IMG/VR virus record: IMGVR_UViG_3300035670_000045
Coordinates: 62,744-126,743 of that record
Source: a virus
Strand: one strand, 5' to 3'
Length of the DNA stretch: 64,000 bases
Part shown: positions 17,179 through 27,471 of the stretch, in pieces
Layout of the letters: each line of letters starts with the position of its first letter
Position numbering within the stretch: the first letter of the stretch is position 1
Notes under the pieces: generated by a model
Databases searched by the model: none
Told to the model about the DNA's origin: nothing
What the model saw: only the letters and a program-made list of their open reading frames with translations
Made by a program: the position numbers and the translations under genes

Positions 17179-20100
17179 CCGGCATCGCACAGCGAATCAA
17201 GATCCGACTCTTCGTCGAAGGCGTCGAAGTCCCGTGCATCTCTGCTTCCGTACAGGCCGCGCCGAACAGCCCGGTCATGTGCTCCATGCAGATCCTGCCA
17301 CTTGCGGAGGCAACCCGCTTCGCACCCCGGTCCCTGGTACACCTGTTCTTTGTCGACGAGTTCGACACAACCGTGCCGAATCTGCGCACGACCAACACGG
17401 ACAAGTCGCCCGGCCCCACCGTGTACGAGCAGGTGAGGGAGCGACAGGGGCGTGAGCCCAACTTGGAGTTCGCGGAAAGCGACCTCAACGACTTCCGGCT
17501 GCAGAAGTACAAGCTGATGTTCGTTGGGGAGATCATGGGGTTCTCCTGGACGAAGACCCCGCGGAATCGCGCGGTCGTGCTGCAGTGCGCCGACCTGTCG
17601 AACTACTGGGACTACGCGTACCAGCACAACAATACGGACTTGTTCGGCCCTGGGTACAAGGCGATGTTCTCCGGCGGGTCCACGAACCTGTTCACGGACT
17701 TCTTGAGCTCGCCTGGCGAGATCATGTCGAAGATTCTCCAGACCCCCAGCGCCAGGTACCCGGGGCTCAAGGGGTTGCTGGGCGGCATCGTCCACATGCT
17801 CGAGGCCATGGGTGGCTCGTACTACTACGACAAGAAGTTCGCGGGGCAGAACATCTTCTTCTCGATCGCGGAGCTCCGTCTCCACCTGACCCAGATGATC
17901 ACGGCATTCGAGAAGGACCCGACGAGCTCGAGGCTGATGGGCGGTGGATGGGACCCGTTGTTCGGGAGGTCCTTGGGGAATCTCGGGGACCAGGCCAGCT
18001 TCCGCACCTGCGTCAGCAAGCTACAGAGCTTCATCTTCCATGAGACCTACGGGCAGCCTTGCCCACGATTTGTCCCAGGGACCGGGGGCTCTACGAGCGG
18101 GTTCAAGCGTACCCGCCTGAAAGAGATCCCGGAGCTCGTCGAGTTCTTGGTCAGTGCACAGGCTCTTGCATCCACGCTGCAAGCTACCGTGGATGCGCTG
18201 GGGTCGGACGCCCCTGCGGAGACCCAGAGAGAGATCATCCGCCCGTTGATCGACCAAATCCGAACCGCGGTGACGGGGTGCCAGACCATGGCGCGCTCTG
18301 CGGGCAGGGTGTCCGGAGAACACAAGGAGGTCGGCAAGAAGATCTCGGGTGTGTACTCCGCGGCGTCCACACTTCTCGGGCAGGTTCGTGCCCTTCTGGG
18401 CGGGGGTACCTCCCGGGCGTTGATCAACCCAAAGGATCCAACACGCCGGAAGGCGATCGGGCTCCTGCAGAAGGTCATCGCACAGCTCAAGACACTCGAG
18501 CGGATGGAGTCGAACGTCACCCAGCGAAAGAACGCTATCCCGGCCACGCTGAAGCAGCAGATCTTCCGCCCGGACGTGTGGTTTTCCGCACCTCCACGCT
18601 GCAACGTGATCTTCCCCGACCACTACATGCAGCTCAGCTACAGTCGGCAGTTCATGGCCGAACCCTCTCGCCTATCCCTGAAGACCCATGACGAGTTCTT
18701 CGGGGAGGACGAGCTCTTCGACAACTTCTACTTCGCTCCGAAGTCTCCGACGGTACGTGAGCAGAAGAACACGCTCGCCAACATCCTCAGGAACGACCTG
18801 ATGGACCACGAGCTCTTCACGGGGATCCTCCCCGTGTTCGAGAAGATGGGGGAGTTCAACATCTTCGGAGCTCGTGCGGGTGTGGTCGACGGCAAGGTGC
18901 CCAAGATCGGAATGGCCCAACGCACGACGAACTTCCTGTACTTCAAGTACCGGTTCGCTGCCCGTCAGTTGAGTGTGAACTGCCGGTTCAATCCCTATGT
19001 GGCGGTTGGGTTCCCAGGGCTCATTCTGGACCGGCACGTCGACGTCTCCACTCTCCGCTCGTACTCCCAGGCGAAGGGGGCCACCGCGCAAGGGGAGGCG
19101 TACGCCTCGAAGCTCCCCCCTATGCTTGGGACCCACTTCCTCGCGAACTTCACCGAGGTCTCCCACCAGATCGACCAACGGAACGGGGCAACGACGATCA
19201 ACTGCTCGTACGCTCGAGAAGCAAACGAGTCTGTCGAATTCCTCGGAGCGAAGCAGGAGTCCGTGACAGGGGAGCGTCCGACGGACGAAGCGAAGGGCTT
19301 TCGGTCCACGGACGTGGCCGCCTTGTTCCCCCCGTTGATTGGGTCGATGGGTCCTGGCCAGGGTCGAATCACGGTCGTGGAGGATGTCACGTCGACGTAC
19401 ACCGTTGGTGGGTCGTCAAAGGCGCTACCCCTTCTTGGGGCCGACCGGGACAAGAAGACCAAGCAGCTCACGCTGACCGTGCCTGTTGGGCAGCGCCTAC
19501 TCGCGAAAGAGTACGGGGCTGCGGTCGTGCCGTACATCGGAGACGAGAACATCTTCGCCGAGTTCCGGGCGTACAAGGTCACGGAGACGATCACGAAGCA
19601 AACGCGTGAGACGGTGTACCTGCCACCCGAGGAGTACATCCGCCCGGGGTGGTACGGTGACTGCTGGGCCCCTTCGAAGATCAGCGAGGTCTACTACGAC
19701 TTCTTCGGGGTGGGGGCGATCACCGAGGCCACCCAGATCCAGAACACGGACGGGAACTTCGAGGGCGGCCTGTACGGCACGAACGATGCGGCGTCTCAGC
19801 TGCGTCAGATTGCGGATACCAACGAAGACCTGAAGGTCGCGAAGGACCAGATCATCGCGTTGTCTCAGACGAAGGATGCGACGATCGCTGACGCTGTCGC
19901 GCTCCTCGTCCTGACCTACAGCGTGGCGAAGCACGGGTCGTTCGACATTGAGGCGTTGATCAAGGCGTACACGTGGCGGCCCATCGCCACGCTGCTGGAC
20001 ATGTTCGGGTCGAACGACCTCATGCTCACGCCCGACGGGCTTGACGTCGCGCAGGGCATCGAGGGGTTCCACTCCCGTGCGTTCGGGCCATGGGACAACC

Positions 20101-20252
20101 TCTTCGGATTGGTGCCACCGGAGATCAACGACATCCTCGACATCAAGGAGGGGTCGGCGGCGTCGAAGCGGGCGGACACCCGGAAACGTAAGCGCGACCT
20201 GGTGCTGGCCTACAAGGCTACCCTCGAGTTGGGTCGGGTCATCCTGGGCTGA
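17175..20252 (+). CDS. putative baseplate hub-like protein
   Basis: IRLFVEGVEVP N-terminus, LMFVGEIMG, FNPYVAVGFPGLI; position in tail module. Confidence 0.55.
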   Translation: MTGIAQRIKIRLFVEGVEVPCISASVQAAPNSPVMCSMQILPLAEATRFAPRSLVHLFFVDEFDTTVPNLRTTNTDKSPGPTVYEQVRERQGREPNLEFAESDLNDFRLQKYKLMFVGEIMGFSWTKTPRNRAVVLQCADLSNYWDYAYQHNNTDLFGPGYKAMFSGGSTNLFTDFLSSPGEIMSKILQTPSARYPGLKGLLGGIVHMLEAMGGSYYYDKKFAGQNIFFSIAELRLHLTQMITAFEKDPTSSRLMGGGWDPLFGRSLGNLGDQASFRTCVSKLQSFIFHETYGQPCPRFVPGTGGSTSGFKRTRLKEIPELVEFLVSAQALASTLQATVDALGSDAPAETQREIIRPLIDQIRTAVTGCQTMARSAGRVSGEHKEVGKKISGVYSAASTLLGQVRALLGGGTSRALINPKDPTRRKAIGLLQKVIAQLKTLERMESNVTQRKNAIPATLKQQIFRPDVWFSAPPRCNVIFPDHYMQLSYSRQFMAEPSRLSLKTHDEFFGEDELFDNFYFAPKSPTVREQKNTLANILRNDLMDHELFTGILPVFEKMGEFNIFGARAGVVDGKVPKIGMAQRTTNFLYFKYRFAARQLSVNCRFNPYVAVGFPGLILDRHVDVSTLRSYSQAKGATAQGEAYASKLPPMLGTHFLANFTEVSHQIDQRNGATTINCSYAREANESVEFLGAKQESVTGERPTDEAKGFRSTDVAALFPPLIGSMGPGQGRITVVEDVTSTYTVGGSSKALPLLGADRDKKTKQLTLTVPVGQRLLAKEYGAAVVPYIGDENIFAEFRAYKVTETITKQTRETVYLPPEEYIRPGWYGDCWAPSKISEVYYDFFGVGAITEATQIQNTDGNFEGGLYGTNDAASQLRQIADTNEDLKVAKDQIIALSQTKDATIADAVALLVLTYSVAKHGSFDIEALIKAYTWRPIATLLDMFGSNDLMLTPDGLDVAQGIEGFHSRAFGPWDNLFGLVPPEINDILDIKEGSAASKRADTRKRKRDLVLAYKATLELGRVILG

Positions 20253-20275
20253 CAGGGGTGTGGTAGACCTAAGGG

Positions 20276-23200
20276 GTGAGCTCGAAGAAAGACTCCCCTC
20301 AGCTGCAGCCGCACCAGCAACGAGTCGTCGATCGGATCTCCCGCGACGATCAGCCGGGGCTCATCGTGGCGCATGGGCTCGGAAGCGGGAAGTGCGTCCG
20401 AGGCGACACACCTATCCTCACGGACAGGGGTCTGCTGCAGATCCAGGACCTGTTCCCCAAAGGTATGGAGGTGGACGCAGAAGTCACCCTAGATGGGGGA
20501 GGCTACCAAGTCCTATCGCTCGTGAACGGAAAGACCCGGTGGTCAGCTGTGCGGGCCAGGTACGCGCAGAGGCTTAGCGCATCGGAGCGAACGATTCACG
20601 TCGTTACGGAACGAGGGTCAGAGGTGTGCGCTACGGGGGCGCACCCGCTCCTCGTGCTTCGCGCTGGCGTACCCACTTGGGTGCCCGCTCGTGAGGTCGC
20701 AGTTGGTGAGTGGGTTGTGATGCCAGACCTGGTGGATGGGTCCCCGTCCCCTACCCGGTTGGACTCGTCGTTGGCGGTATGCGCGGCTTGGCTGACCACA
20801 GAGGGCTGGGAGGACTCCAAGAAGCGCGGCAGCTTCGTGATCACTCAGCACGGTAATCGGCCCATGCTCGAGAGCTTGCATCAGTGGTTGCGAGCTACCT
20901 ACGGCGTTGGGCGGATCCGCGAGTCCGGGCATGACCTGGTTGCCTGCAGCAGGGCCCTGGCCGACGACCTGCAGGCCTGGGGGCACACCTGGGGGCTCAA
21001 GAGTGCGCACAAGAGGCTCCCGTACAGCATGCTGTCGGGGGGCTTCAGTATGACTCGGGAGGTCTTGCGCATCTGCTGGGAGGCTGAAGGTCACATCTCC
21101 GCTGCCAACGCGGAGATCACTTCAGCTTCTCGCTTTCTTATGGAGCAGTACCGGTACCTGCTTTTACAGCTTGGAGGCAGGTCCTCTTGCAGGGCGAAAT
21201 GGTCGATCGCCAGCAATGGCACCGGGCCCTATCGGGAGTACTGGAGGTCCTCGGTTTCCGGGGAGGACCTGGAGGCTCTAGCCCTAGCAGTCCGAGGCAC
21301 CAAGAAGGGTCGCAAGTTGGAGGTCATCGCTGGCCGCAAGCGGAACCCAAACACGGGCGTCCCCGTCGACTGGCTGTACAAATTCTTGGACTTGAGCCCC
21401 AAGTTCTTTGGGTGCACTGCGAATAACAGACGTAGCGTGAGCAGAGCGTCCGCACTGCGAATGCTAGAGAAGTTGCAGTGGTTGGAGACTGGCACCGCGT
21501 TGGACTCGCTGCGGCTTGCAGTCAGCGGTCTAGGCGGTACCGCGCGCTCCTACGCTCAGAGGAACTTACGTGTGGCTGAGCGTAGATCCGAAGTTCGGGT
21601 CGCCAGGGAGCGTCTGTACGCCATCGTCTACGGCCCCTACCGATTCGAGCAGGTCGAGTCGACTACCCCCGGATCCGCTGGCGGGCTGGTCTACGACGTC
21701 GAGGTCGACTCGGACGTGTACGATCACAAGAACTATGTGGGGGGTTACGGTGGGTGGTACCTCCACAACACGCTCACGAGCATTGCCGCGCAAAAGGCGC
21801 TCGGAGTCCCTTCTCAAGTCGTAGCGCCGGCGGCCTTGCTGGGGAACTACTCGAAGGAGCAGAAGAAGCACTACGGGAAGGGTGCCAAGCCGGCGGACCT
21901 CGTGTCCATGCAGCAGGCCGCTCGTACAGGGGAGCTCGAGAACACCGCGCTTCGCGTCGTCGACGAGGCACATCGAGCTCGAGACCCCGGCACGGCCACC
22001 TACCGTGCCCTGCGGGATTCGCCGGCCGAGAAGCGGCTACTTCTTACAGGCTCCCCCTTCTACAACCACCCCAGTGACATCGCACCACTGCTGCGCATCG
22101 CCGCCGGGACCAGTCTGGTCCCGGAGGACAAGGCCGAGTTCACGAGCCGCTACATCTACGACAAGCCGGTCAAGCCAGGGTTGTTCGACCGATTCGTGCA
22201 CGGGGCGACCGGGGGCACAGTAGCCACTCTCCGCCCCGAACGTGCAGAGGAGCTCCGTGGAATCTTCTCGAAGTGGGTGGACCATCACCCCGGTACGCGT
22301 GAGCACTTCCCCGAGGTGGAGCATGTCGACGTCGATGTGCCGATGAGTGACGGACAACGACGGGTGTACGACACGGTGATGGACGCGGCCCCGTCGTGGG
22401 TTGCCGCCAAAGTGCGGCGGGGTCTTCCTCCCGACAAGCAGGAAGCGAAGCAGCTCAACGCGTTCCTGTCTGGAGCTCGTCAGATCAGCAACTCCACCGC
22501 CGGGTTCATCCCCGAAACTGACAAGGCTGAGGGGCCCAAAATCCAGAAGGCCTTCGAGAACCTCAAGAAGGAGCTCGACTCGAACCCCCGCTCGAAGGCG
22601 GTCGTCTACTCCAACTTCCTACAGGCGGGCATCAACCCGTACAAGGCCCACCTCCAGTCAGCAGGGATCCCGTTCGGTGAGTTCACCGGCGAGATGGGAC
22701 GCGCGCAACGTGACCAGCTCGTTCGCGACTACAACGACAACAAGATCCGAGCTCTCCTACTGTCGTCCGCCGGTGGCGAGGGCCTGGACCTCAAAGGCAC
22801 GCGGCTCTTGCAGGTGTTGGAGCCCCACTGGAACCGTGAGAAGCTACGGCAAGTCGAAGGCCGAGGTGCACGTTACATGAGCCACGCCGATCTACCCGAA
22901 GAAGAACGCAAGCTGCGCATCGAGAACTACATGTCTTCCCTGCCGGAAGGTACCATGGGGCGGCTCTGGCGCACCGTGTCCGGCCGGGAAAAGGACAAGT
23001 CGGTCGACCAGTACTTGGCGCAGATGTCGAACGACAAGGATGCGCTCATTGGTCAGTTCAAGGGACTGCTGCCCCAACACTCGAACGAGAAGGCTGCTGC
23101 AAATCGGTCGGTCAAAGAGTGGCGAGCACTCAACGCTGCGGGTGACACCGCAGGTGCAGACCATCTAGCCAAAGCGTATGGGGGTCTAGGCAACCAGCCT

Positions 23201-24220
23201 CGTTACCTGCGGGACATCTCGATCGGCGGCAGTGAGGCTGCAGTCGACCAGATGATGGGACGCGTGCAGAACCCAACGACAGGCGCGGTCAATGAGTCGG
23301 GGTATGTCGCCCGAAAGCTGTACAAACCTGACTCGGACATCACGCGAGGGGAGCACACCAACCAGATGCTGCACCAAAAGCAGCAACTGACCGACGAGGC
23401 TCGCGCACTATCCCCTCAAGCCAAGTCGATGGTCCCTGACATGTACGGGCACAAGACGATGGGGTCCGGCGGACTTCAGCGTACGATTAGTGACCATGAG
23501 TACGTGCCCGGGCTCACGGACATCAGGGGCTCCAGGGTGCAGACCCCTCAGGGGGCACAGTGGTCACGCACGCCCAACGCACGCCGAACCGACCTCGAGG
23601 CCGTGCAGTCCACCGTCTTGAAGCCAATGGAGTCTCGCGGCAAAATGATGGCAGACACCATTACTGCGCAGGGTACGAACTACGGGAACGTACTCAACTC
23701 CCCATCGGGACCGAAAGTCATGGACTTCCTCCCGATTGTGGAGGGCCAAAAGGACCACATCTCTGACTCCTATCGGAAGTACGCCCCGACTTCTCCGTCA
23801 AAGTACACGGAGGGTGCGGCGGGTGCCAACCCCAACAAGCTGCAACGGGAACTGCGGCGTGAGGTATTCCGTCCTCAACAAGCAGTTTCGGAAGCCCCGG
23901 CACACATGCAGATGCAAGCGGCGGCTCACTTACGTGGGGAAGGCCCTGCACCTACCACCGCACCAGCAAGGGCTCCTACGTCTTCCGTGTCTACGGCAGG
24001 TGCCCGCACCAGTGCGCCTGCGGCCCGAACCAGCATGCCGGCCCAGACGTCAGTACCAACTGTACGCCCCGCCCGGGTGAGCATCCACACTCCTGCGCCT
24101 ACGATGCCTACCGTGCGGCCCAGTATGGGTGCAGCACTAAAGGGTCTGCAGACAAAAGCTACAAGCGTCCTCGGACGCGTTGCGACACAGGCCGGGAAGG
24201 CGGTTGCACATGCACACTGA
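20276..24220 (+). CDS. SNF2-like helicase with intein and C-terminal kinase-like domain
   Basis: HGLGSGK[intein]T, VVDEAH, LLTGSP, SSAGGEGLDL, QVEGRGAR; C-terminal VARK/HEYVPG/NVL/VMDF. Confidence 0.85.
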   Translation: MSSKKDSPQLQPHQQRVVDRISRDDQPGLIVAHGLGSGKCVRGDTPILTDRGLLQIQDLFPKGMEVDAEVTLDGGGYQVLSLVNGKTRWSAVRARYAQRLSASERTIHVVTERGSEVCATGAHPLLVLRAGVPTWVPAREVAVGEWVVMPDLVDGSPSPTRLDSSLAVCAAWLTTEGWEDSKKRGSFVITQHGNRPMLESLHQWLRATYGVGRIRESGHDLVACSRALADDLQAWGHTWGLKSAHKRLPYSMLSGGFSMTREVLRICWEAEGHISAANAEITSASRFLMEQYRYLLLQLGGRSSCRAKWSIASNGTGPYREYWRSSVSGEDLEALALAVRGTKKGRKLEVIAGRKRNPNTGVPVDWLYKFLDLSPKFFGCTANNRRSVSRASALRMLEKLQWLETGTALDSLRLAVSGLGGTARSYAQRNLRVAERRSEVRVARERLYAIVYGPYRFEQVESTTPGSAGGLVYDVEVDSDVYDHKNYVGGYGGWYLHNTLTSIAAQKALGVPSQVVAPAALLGNYSKEQKKHYGKGAKPADLVSMQQAARTGELENTALRVVDEAHRARDPGTATYRALRDSPAEKRLLLTGSPFYNHPSDIAPLLRIAAGTSLVPEDKAEFTSRYIYDKPVKPGLFDRFVHGATGGTVATLRPERAEELRGIFSKWVDHHPGTREHFPEVEHVDVDVPMSDGQRRVYDTVMDAAPSWVAAKVRRGLPPDKQEAKQLNAFLSGARQISNSTAGFIPETDKAEGPKIQKAFENLKKELDSNPRSKAVVYSNFLQAGINPYKAHLQSAGIPFGEFTGEMGRAQRDQLVRDYNDNKIRALLLSSAGGEGLDLKGTRLLQVLEPHWNREKLRQVEGRGARYMSHADLPEEERKLRIENYMSSLPEGTMGRLWRTVSGREKDKSVDQYLAQMSNDKDALIGQFKGLLPQHSNEKAAANRSVKEWRALNAAGDTAGADHLAKAYGGLGNQPRYLRDISIGGSEAAVDQMMGRVQNPTTGAVNESGYVARKLYKPDSDITRGEHTNQMLHQKQQLTDEARALSPQAKSMVPDMYGHKTMGSGGLQRTISDHEYVPGLTDIRGSRVQTPQGAQWSRTPNARRTDLEAVQSTVLKPMESRGKMMADTITAQGTNYGNVLNSPSGPKVMDFLPIVEGQKDHISDSYRKYAPTSPSKYTEGAAGANPNKLQRELRREVFRPQQAVSEAPAHMQMQAAAHLRGEGPAPTTAPARAPTSSVSTAGARTSAPAARTSMPAQTSVPTVRPARVSIHTPAPTMPTVRPSMGAALKGLQTKATSVLGRVATQAGKAVAHAH
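20393..21769 (+). mobile_element. intein (459 aa) with LAGLIDADG-type endonuclease region
   Basis: CVRGDT start, CATGAHPLL block B, LVYDVEV block F, LHN/T junction; WLTTEG and CWEAEG blocks; inserted in Walker A. Confidence 0.9.
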
Positions 24221-24671
24221 CGAAAAAAGTGAGAGTGAGAAGCTGCGGGAGGTGCTCGAGCGCATCCGTACCCGCACTGAACGTACGGGCAACACGATCC
24301 CCTGGCATGACCGGGATCTGCGTGACGACAAGAACGAGTACGACCACATACCTAACAAGCTCGGGTCGGACCACCTGATGTTCCAGGCCTGCTTCGCCGA
24401 GCTCACGAAGACGGCGGGCAAAATCGTACGAGAGACCTCGCTGGCGATGACACGCTCGGGCAAGCGGCCTATCTCCGTCCAGAAGTTCCTCCAGAAGCTC
24501 GACAAGGGGGAGCTCGGGTGGAAGCTTGCGACCAAGTCCGGAGACGGAGATCCCACGCAGGAGTGGCCGCCCACCAAGCCGTTGCCCCAAAACGCGGTTG
24601 CCGGGGTCGACAAGGTCGACACCGCGCGGGTGTCCCGCCAGACCTTCACTTTCCCCGTGCTCTCTCGCTGA
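24210..24671 (+). CDS. hypothetical protein, possibly virion-associated
   Basis: Overlaps helicase stop; contains FAELTKTA. Confidence 0.55.
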   Translation: MHTDEKSESEKLREVLERIRTRTERTGNTIPWHDRDLRDDKNEYDHIPNKLGSDHLMFQACFAELTKTAGKIVRETSLAMTRSGKRPISVQKFLQKLDKGELGWKLATKSGDGDPTQEWPPTKPLPQNAVAGVDKVDTARVSRQTFTFPVLSR

Positions 24672-24686
24672 GGTAGGATGGTCCGC

Positions 24687-25040
24687 ATGTCCCCCATCGA
24701 TCCGCGTGTCCTTCAGGCGTTCAGCGAGGCCCTCACCAAGGAGGGGAGCGCGGGTGGCTACATGTCGCGCTTGGGGCAGCACCTGAAGGCGTCACCTCGT
24801 ATGGGGCGGGTGGCTACCCACCTGGCGGACCATGGGCACGTCTACGACCTGGCCGGTCTTGGCGGGATGATGGGGCTCGAGGCAGCCCACGCCGCCCACT
24901 CCCTGAAGAAGGACCCCATGACGGGCAAGCGGGACTGGCGGGGTGCCCTCGAGTCGGGGGCCGAGGGTGCCTTCCTGGGCACGCTGGCGGCCCCAGTGGC
25001 GGCGAACCTCCTCCTCAAACGGCCAGGCGGGGCTCACTGA
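24687..25040 (+). CDS. hypothetical protein with hydrophobic helices
   Basis: GGTAGGAT-N7-ATG; AFSEALTKEG. Confidence 0.55.
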   Translation: MSPIDPRVLQAFSEALTKEGSAGGYMSRLGQHLKASPRMGRVATHLADHGHVYDLAGLGGMMGLEAAHAAHSLKKDPMTGKRDWRGALESGAEGAFLGTLAAPVAANLLLKRPGGAH

Positions 25041-25747
25041 TGGTGTACGAGTACTTGCTCAAGTTCGCGCACGACGCCGGGCACACGAAGGCCGCTGCGG
25101 TTTCGGAGCAGGAAGCACGCGCGTCTCTCGACAGACTCGAGAACCTCGAGCGTGCTAAGCCGTCTGGCGCCCAGGTGGGCCGCTACGCTGCCGTGGGTGG
25201 GGGTGCAGCCGTGGGGGCCACCGCGCTGAAGGACCTGATCGCCAAGGGGCCTCGGGACGTTCTCGGGGGGCCTGGGAAGCGCTTGCGCACGGTGGCGGCC
25301 AACGCGGTCGCGGGCGCCCTCACCTCGGGTGCAGTCCCGCTCGTCCGATCCCATCTCGACCAGGAAGCGGAGAAGCACAAGATCCGTGCGTTCCTGAAGC
25401 AGCCGGGGACCCCGACCCCTGGGGGGTCCCCCAAGGTCGCGGGGTGGGTGGAGTACGTCAAGCTCGCGGCCGGAGCCCCGACTCGCGGAGGGTTCATGAT
25501 GGCGTCGGAGGTCCCTGCGTTCCGGCACCCGGACATCCAGCGCCCGATGCACCACACGCGCCCTCAGCAGATCGTCGAGAAGATGGGCTCGGCCACCACA
25601 CCCGCCGGCCGACTCTCGGCGTCTCGTCGTGTGGGCCTTCCGAAAGTGACGGCCCCGCCTGGGCCGGCCATCGCAGATACGGTGCCCACGTTCGGGCAGC
25701 GTCTGCCTGGTGCAAACAAGACGACCATCGGGAAAATGGGTGGGTGA
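25040..25747 (+). CDS. hypothetical protein, possibly virion-associated
   Basis: TGATG overlap; repeated K-x-A motifs. Confidence 0.6.
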   Translation: MVYEYLLKFAHDAGHTKAAAVSEQEARASLDRLENLERAKPSGAQVGRYAAVGGGAAVGATALKDLIAKGPRDVLGGPGKRLRTVAANAVAGALTSGAVPLVRSHLDQEAEKHKIRAFLKQPGTPTPGGSPKVAGWVEYVKLAAGAPTRGGFMMASEVPAFRHPDIQRPMHHTRPQQIVEKMGSATTPAGRLSASRRVGLPKVTAPPGPAIADTVPTFGQRLPGANKTTIGKMGG

Positions 25748-25817
25748 AAACGGCGTGATGTACCGCGGATAAGACTTGTGAGCGGCTGCCACGTGGCTCC
25801 GCCACAAGGAGGTACAC

Positions 25818-26411
25818 ATGACCATCAACGCCCCCGTCTACGTTTTTCCGCAGCAACTGACCGAAGAGCAGCAGAAGGCCGTGTTCGCGTACACCCACCT
25901 GTACGCGAAGCTCGCCGCCTCCCTCTACGCGCTCGGGCCCCTCACCCACAACACCTCGCAGGAAGGAAGCGAGGTGGTGCAGATGAACGAGTGGCTCGCG
26001 GAGATCCAGATCCGCTACACCAAGTTCCGCGACGGGTTCGAGTCGCTCGACCCGCAGGTCGTGCATGACCAGTCGTGCCCCATCAAGTACATGGGGGAGA
26101 TCGCGGACCACGGGCACGTCATGCGTGGGCGCATCCAAGCTCTCCGGGAGGGTTCCACGAAGTTCGAGCTGAACGCCGAGCTCACGGCCATCGAAGCCGC
26201 CATCAAGAAAGCGGAGTCCGACGGGCTGGACTCCGACATCAAGTGGCCCCTGTTCCAGCAGACGTGGGCACGGCGTGCGAACGAGTTCCTGCGTGACAAC
26301 GCTCACGTGTCCCGGGCGTTCAGCTTCTTGACCCTGACGGAGTACTTCGTCAATACGGCGAAGTTGCCCGCGCTGGCGAAGCGCATGCTTACCCATCCCT
26401 TGGGGGTATAA
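25818..26411 (+). CDS. hypothetical protein
   Basis: GGATAAG at 25767, leader hairpin, AAGGAGG RBS. Confidence 0.7.
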   Translation: MTINAPVYVFPQQLTEEQQKAVFAYTHLYAKLAASLYALGPLTHNTSQEGSEVVQMNEWLAEIQIRYTKFRDGFESLDPQVVHDQSCPIKYMGEIADHGHVMRGRIQALREGSTKFELNAELTAIEAAIKKAESDGLDSDIKWPLFQQTWARRANEFLRDNAHVSRAFSFLTLTEYFVNTAKLPALAKRMLTHPLGV

Positions 26412-26418
26412 TCCGGCC

Positions 26419-27180
26419 ATGTCCAAGGTCGACGAGTTCCTGGAAGCGAAGCTGGCTGCTGGTGAAAAGCGGCGGCAACAAGAGCTCCAACACCTCGAGC
26501 AATGGCGGGAGTCGAAGGACCCTGCGCACCTCAAACCCTTGCTCCAGTCGTACGCCCCGGTCATCGCCGGGGCGATGCGGATGTACAAGGCGCCCGACGT
26601 GCCCGAGTCGGCCATGCGGGCGGAGCTCACGGAGATCGCGATCAAGGCTTTCGAAAGCTACGACCCGACGCGTGGAGCACAGCTCAACACCCACGTTCAG
26701 AACCACATGAAGAAGTCCATGCGGTTCAACGGCAAGTACCAGAACGTGGGGTACATCCCGCCGGAGCAGACCCAGTGGATCGGCAAGATCCAGCGCGCGC
26801 AGTCCGACTTGCAGGACTCGCTGAACCGTGCTCCGACGGACCACGAGATCGCCCAGCACGTAGGGAACGGGTTGACCCCCCACATGGTCACACGCGTCAA
26901 AGGCAACCTGCGGGCAGACATCAACACGTCCGCGTTCGAGGAGGACCCGTTCGAGCATGACGGGGCACGGGACCAGGAAGTGCTGTCCCTCCTGCCTTTG
27001 GCACTCGGGCCCAAGGACAAAGAGGTGTTCGCTTACCTCTACGGGGACAAGCAGGACAAGGCCCCCATGCTCGGGGGTCGAGTCAACATGGGGGCGTTGG
27101 CGAAACAGCTCAACATGAGCAGCTCGCAGATCTCCCGATCCCACAAGGTCATCAAGGACACCTACAAGAAGTACAGGTAA
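26419..27180 (+). CDS. sigma-70 family (FliA/WhiG-like) sigma factor
   Basis: AFESYDPTRGAQLNTH (region 2), LNRAPTDHEIA (region 3), C-terminal HTH; TATAAT 6 nt before ATG. Confidence 0.85.
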   Translation: MSKVDEFLEAKLAAGEKRRQQELQHLEQWRESKDPAHLKPLLQSYAPVIAGAMRMYKAPDVPESAMRAELTEIAIKAFESYDPTRGAQLNTHVQNHMKKSMRFNGKYQNVGYIPPEQTQWIGKIQRAQSDLQDSLNRAPTDHEIAQHVGNGLTPHMVTRVKGNLRADINTSAFEEDPFEHDGARDQEVLSLLPLALGPKDKEVFAYLYGDKQDKAPMLGGRVNMGALAKQLNMSSSQISRSHKVIKDTYKKYR

Positions 27181-27210
27181 CCGAGGATAAGAAAGCTGGA
27201 GGATTCCTAC

Positions 27211-27402
27211 ATGCAACTCGCCAGCTTTCTCTGCCTCGATGCCTACCGATTCACCGCGAAGCATGACCGCGCTGGGTACACCGTGACCGCTGTGCCCAAA
27301 AATCCGGGACCCGGGAAGAAAGGGTACGTGGTGTGCGCGGCCGACCTGGAAGCCGCGAGCAAGGAGCTCTACACAATGCTGGGCGTTCCTGTCCAGAAGT
27401 AG
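27211..27402 (+). CDS. small hypothetical protein
   Basis: GGATAAG at 27185, GGAGG RBS, terminator follows. Confidence 0.6.
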   Translation: MQLASFLCLDAYRFTAKHDRAGYTVTAVPKNPGPGKKGYVVCAADLEAASKELYTMLGVPVQK

Positions 27403-27409
27403 CGCTTCG

Positions 27410-27441
27410 AGCGCGCACCTCCGGGTGCGCGTTTTTTAGCT
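27410..27441 (+). terminator. intrinsic terminator ending TTTAGCT
   Basis: GCGCGCACC-TCCG-GGTGCGCGT plus T-tract. Confidence 0.8.
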
Positions 27442-27471
27442 CCCTCCGGGATAAGTCCCCTGGAGGTGCAC

